Assembly: GCA_002269645.1 (NCBI GenBank)
Contig: NIVC01004114.1
Span: 49,548-113,547, forward strand
DNA length: 64,000 nt
Direction: 5' to 3'
Source of the DNA: Macrostomum lignano
Taxonomy: Eukaryota
In this document: positions 62,250 to 64,000 of the stretch, in pieces
How positions within the stretch are numbered: the stretch's first letter is position 1
Layout of the letters: the number at the start of each line of letters is the position of its first letter
Position numbers and translations under genes: made by a program
The notes under the pieces: generated by a model
The model's input: only the letters and a program-made list of their open reading frames with translations
The model's database searches: none
Told to the model about the DNA's origin: nothing

Positions 62250-62604
62250 CTATAGAAAAAGTTTGTGACATTATAGAAGACTAATAAAATAAGTCCAAAT
62301 GAAAAACGTTTCAAAAAATGAAACAATACAAATGGCAACAAATTCTGATGCAATATAAACCAATACCGTTGAATCCTCGGTGACCCGACCAGTGAGGACC
62401 TAGCAATCCGATAGATTTATTAAAAATCGCAGATAATTTTTTAATTACTTCATTACTTACAGTTAGACAATTCGAATCATATTTCATATCAAAGTAAAAT
62501 TTCCTTCCACATTAACTATACAATTAATCGTGCACTTGAATAGCCTTAGAAATAGATTCTTTTTAAAGTACATTAGATCCTGAACTTAAAAGTATCTTAA
62601 ACTG

Positions 62605-63340
62605 TCAGGGGAAGGAGGTGGAATGTAGTAGAATGTCAGGGTAGGCAGTTGAGTGTCAGGGTAGGCAGTTGAGTGTCAGGGTAGGCAGTTGAGTGTCAGG
62701 GTAGGCAGTGGAGTGTCAGGGGAGGATTGGAGGAAGTGGAGTGTCAGGGGAGGCAGTGGAGTGTCAGGGGAGGCAGTGGAGTGTCAGGGGAGGCAGTGGA
62801 GTGTCAGAGAAGGTAGTGGAGTGTCAGAGAAGGCAGTGGAGTGTCAGGGGAGGCAGTGGAGTGTCAGGGAGGCAGTAAAGTGTCAGGGAGGCAGTGGAGT
62901 GTCAGGGGAGGCAGTGGAGTGTCAGGGGAGGCAGTAAAGTGTCAGAGGAGGCAGTGGAGTGTCAGGGGAGGCAGTGGAGTGTCAGGGAGGCAGTGGAGTG
63001 TCAGGGGAGGCAGTGGAGTGTCAGGGGAGGCAGTAAAGTGTCAGGGAGGCAGTGGAGTGTCAGGGGAGGCAGTGGAGTGTCAGGGGAGGCAGTAAAGTGT
63101 CAGAGGAGGCAGTAAAGTGTCAGAGGAGGCAGTAAAGTGTCAGAGGAGGCAGTGAAGTGTCAGAGGAGGCAGTGAAGTGTCAGAGGAGGCAGTGGAGTGT
63201 CAGGGGAGGCAGTGGAGTGTCAGGGAGGCAGTGGAGTGTCAGGGAAGCAGTGAGTGTCAGGGGAGGCAGTGGAGTGTCAGGGAAGGCAGTGGAGTGTCAG
63301 GGGAGGCAGTGAAGTGTCAGGGGAGGCAGTGAAGTGTCAG
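62605..63340. repeat. 20-bp minisatellite (GAGGCAGTGGAGTGTCAGGG)n
   Basis: Tandem repeat. Confidence 0.96.
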
Positions 63341-64000
63341 GACTTTTGGATTATTTTGAGTCTGCACTTGCTTAGAATACTTGTCTCAAAGCACTGAATT
63401 TGCGCAGTTAATCTGTCCTTATCGACATTATCACCCCACCGCAGCTCTCGGTAGCCAATCTGCAGCAGTTCAGAGAAGAAGTCAGTCAGTTTTGTTGCAA
63501 AAGCTGATAACAGCACAATAACATAACTGGCATAGAGGCGTCGCCCTTGCTGTTATGGTTACGCCCATGAGCGGCGAAAAACTTTCTTTACTCAGTATCT
63601 TAGTATCCTTGGTCGCATGGCTGCTACAAGGGGGCCGTAGCCAATGCTCTGATGTTCCAGCGGCCCAGGCTCGATTCCAAGTGCAGTCACATTAATTTCG
63701 GGCTAAATTGGAATCTCGGCTTGGCTCTGCTCGTGCAATTAACGGCCTTAAGAGCCAACCCCCAAGGCGCAGTGAAGTGTACATGCCTATTGATAAATAA
63801 AGTTAGGGCCGCTGTGCACTCCTGTGTGAGTGTGTGCCTGTGCGTATGACTGCGTACGTATGCCGCGCGCTGTGTGCCTGCTCAGGGAGTCGGCGAATGG
63901 GCAGCAATGCCTCTCGCCGGTTGTGTGACAATGTCGATTAAAGTGCGCCAGGGTGCACGCAGCCACCCAGCCTCTAACTAACTAAAGAAACCACATTCAC

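Overview
Eukaryotic (animal) genomic DNA with spliceosomal introns. The minisatellite-saturated, mid-GC character suggests a Macrostomum-like flatworm, but this is inference only. Recognisable host genes are CCDC51/MITOK (2 exons, minus) and eIF1A (3 exons, plus). Unnamed genes are an intronless 458-aa disordered ORF, a 4-exon secreted protein, a PAN/apple + LamG-like secreted protein, a WSC-domain gene whose two-exon module is amplified in a 715-bp tandem array, two paralogous single-pass membrane proteins, and an RGG-rich terminal exon. From about 5.4 to 24.7 kb is a transposon cluster: a decayed MULE transposase, an intron-containing Crypton-type tyrosine recombinase fragment (duplicated across an assembly gap), and a complete but inactivated 9.4-kb Ty3/Gypsy element (LTRs, ATAG TSD, tRNA-Leu PBS). 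Several MITEs, a foldback MULE and a frameshifted DD34D mariner follow. The most notable signals are: (1) a C-to-T decay pattern in TE DNA concentrated at CpA (especially CAG) as well as CpG, resembling RIP or non-CpG methylation; (2) a non-env accessory ORF inside the Gypsy element behind its own multi-CCAAT/TATA promoter; (3) intron-filling minisatellites whose units carry branch-point or acceptor motifs on the pre-mRNA strand.
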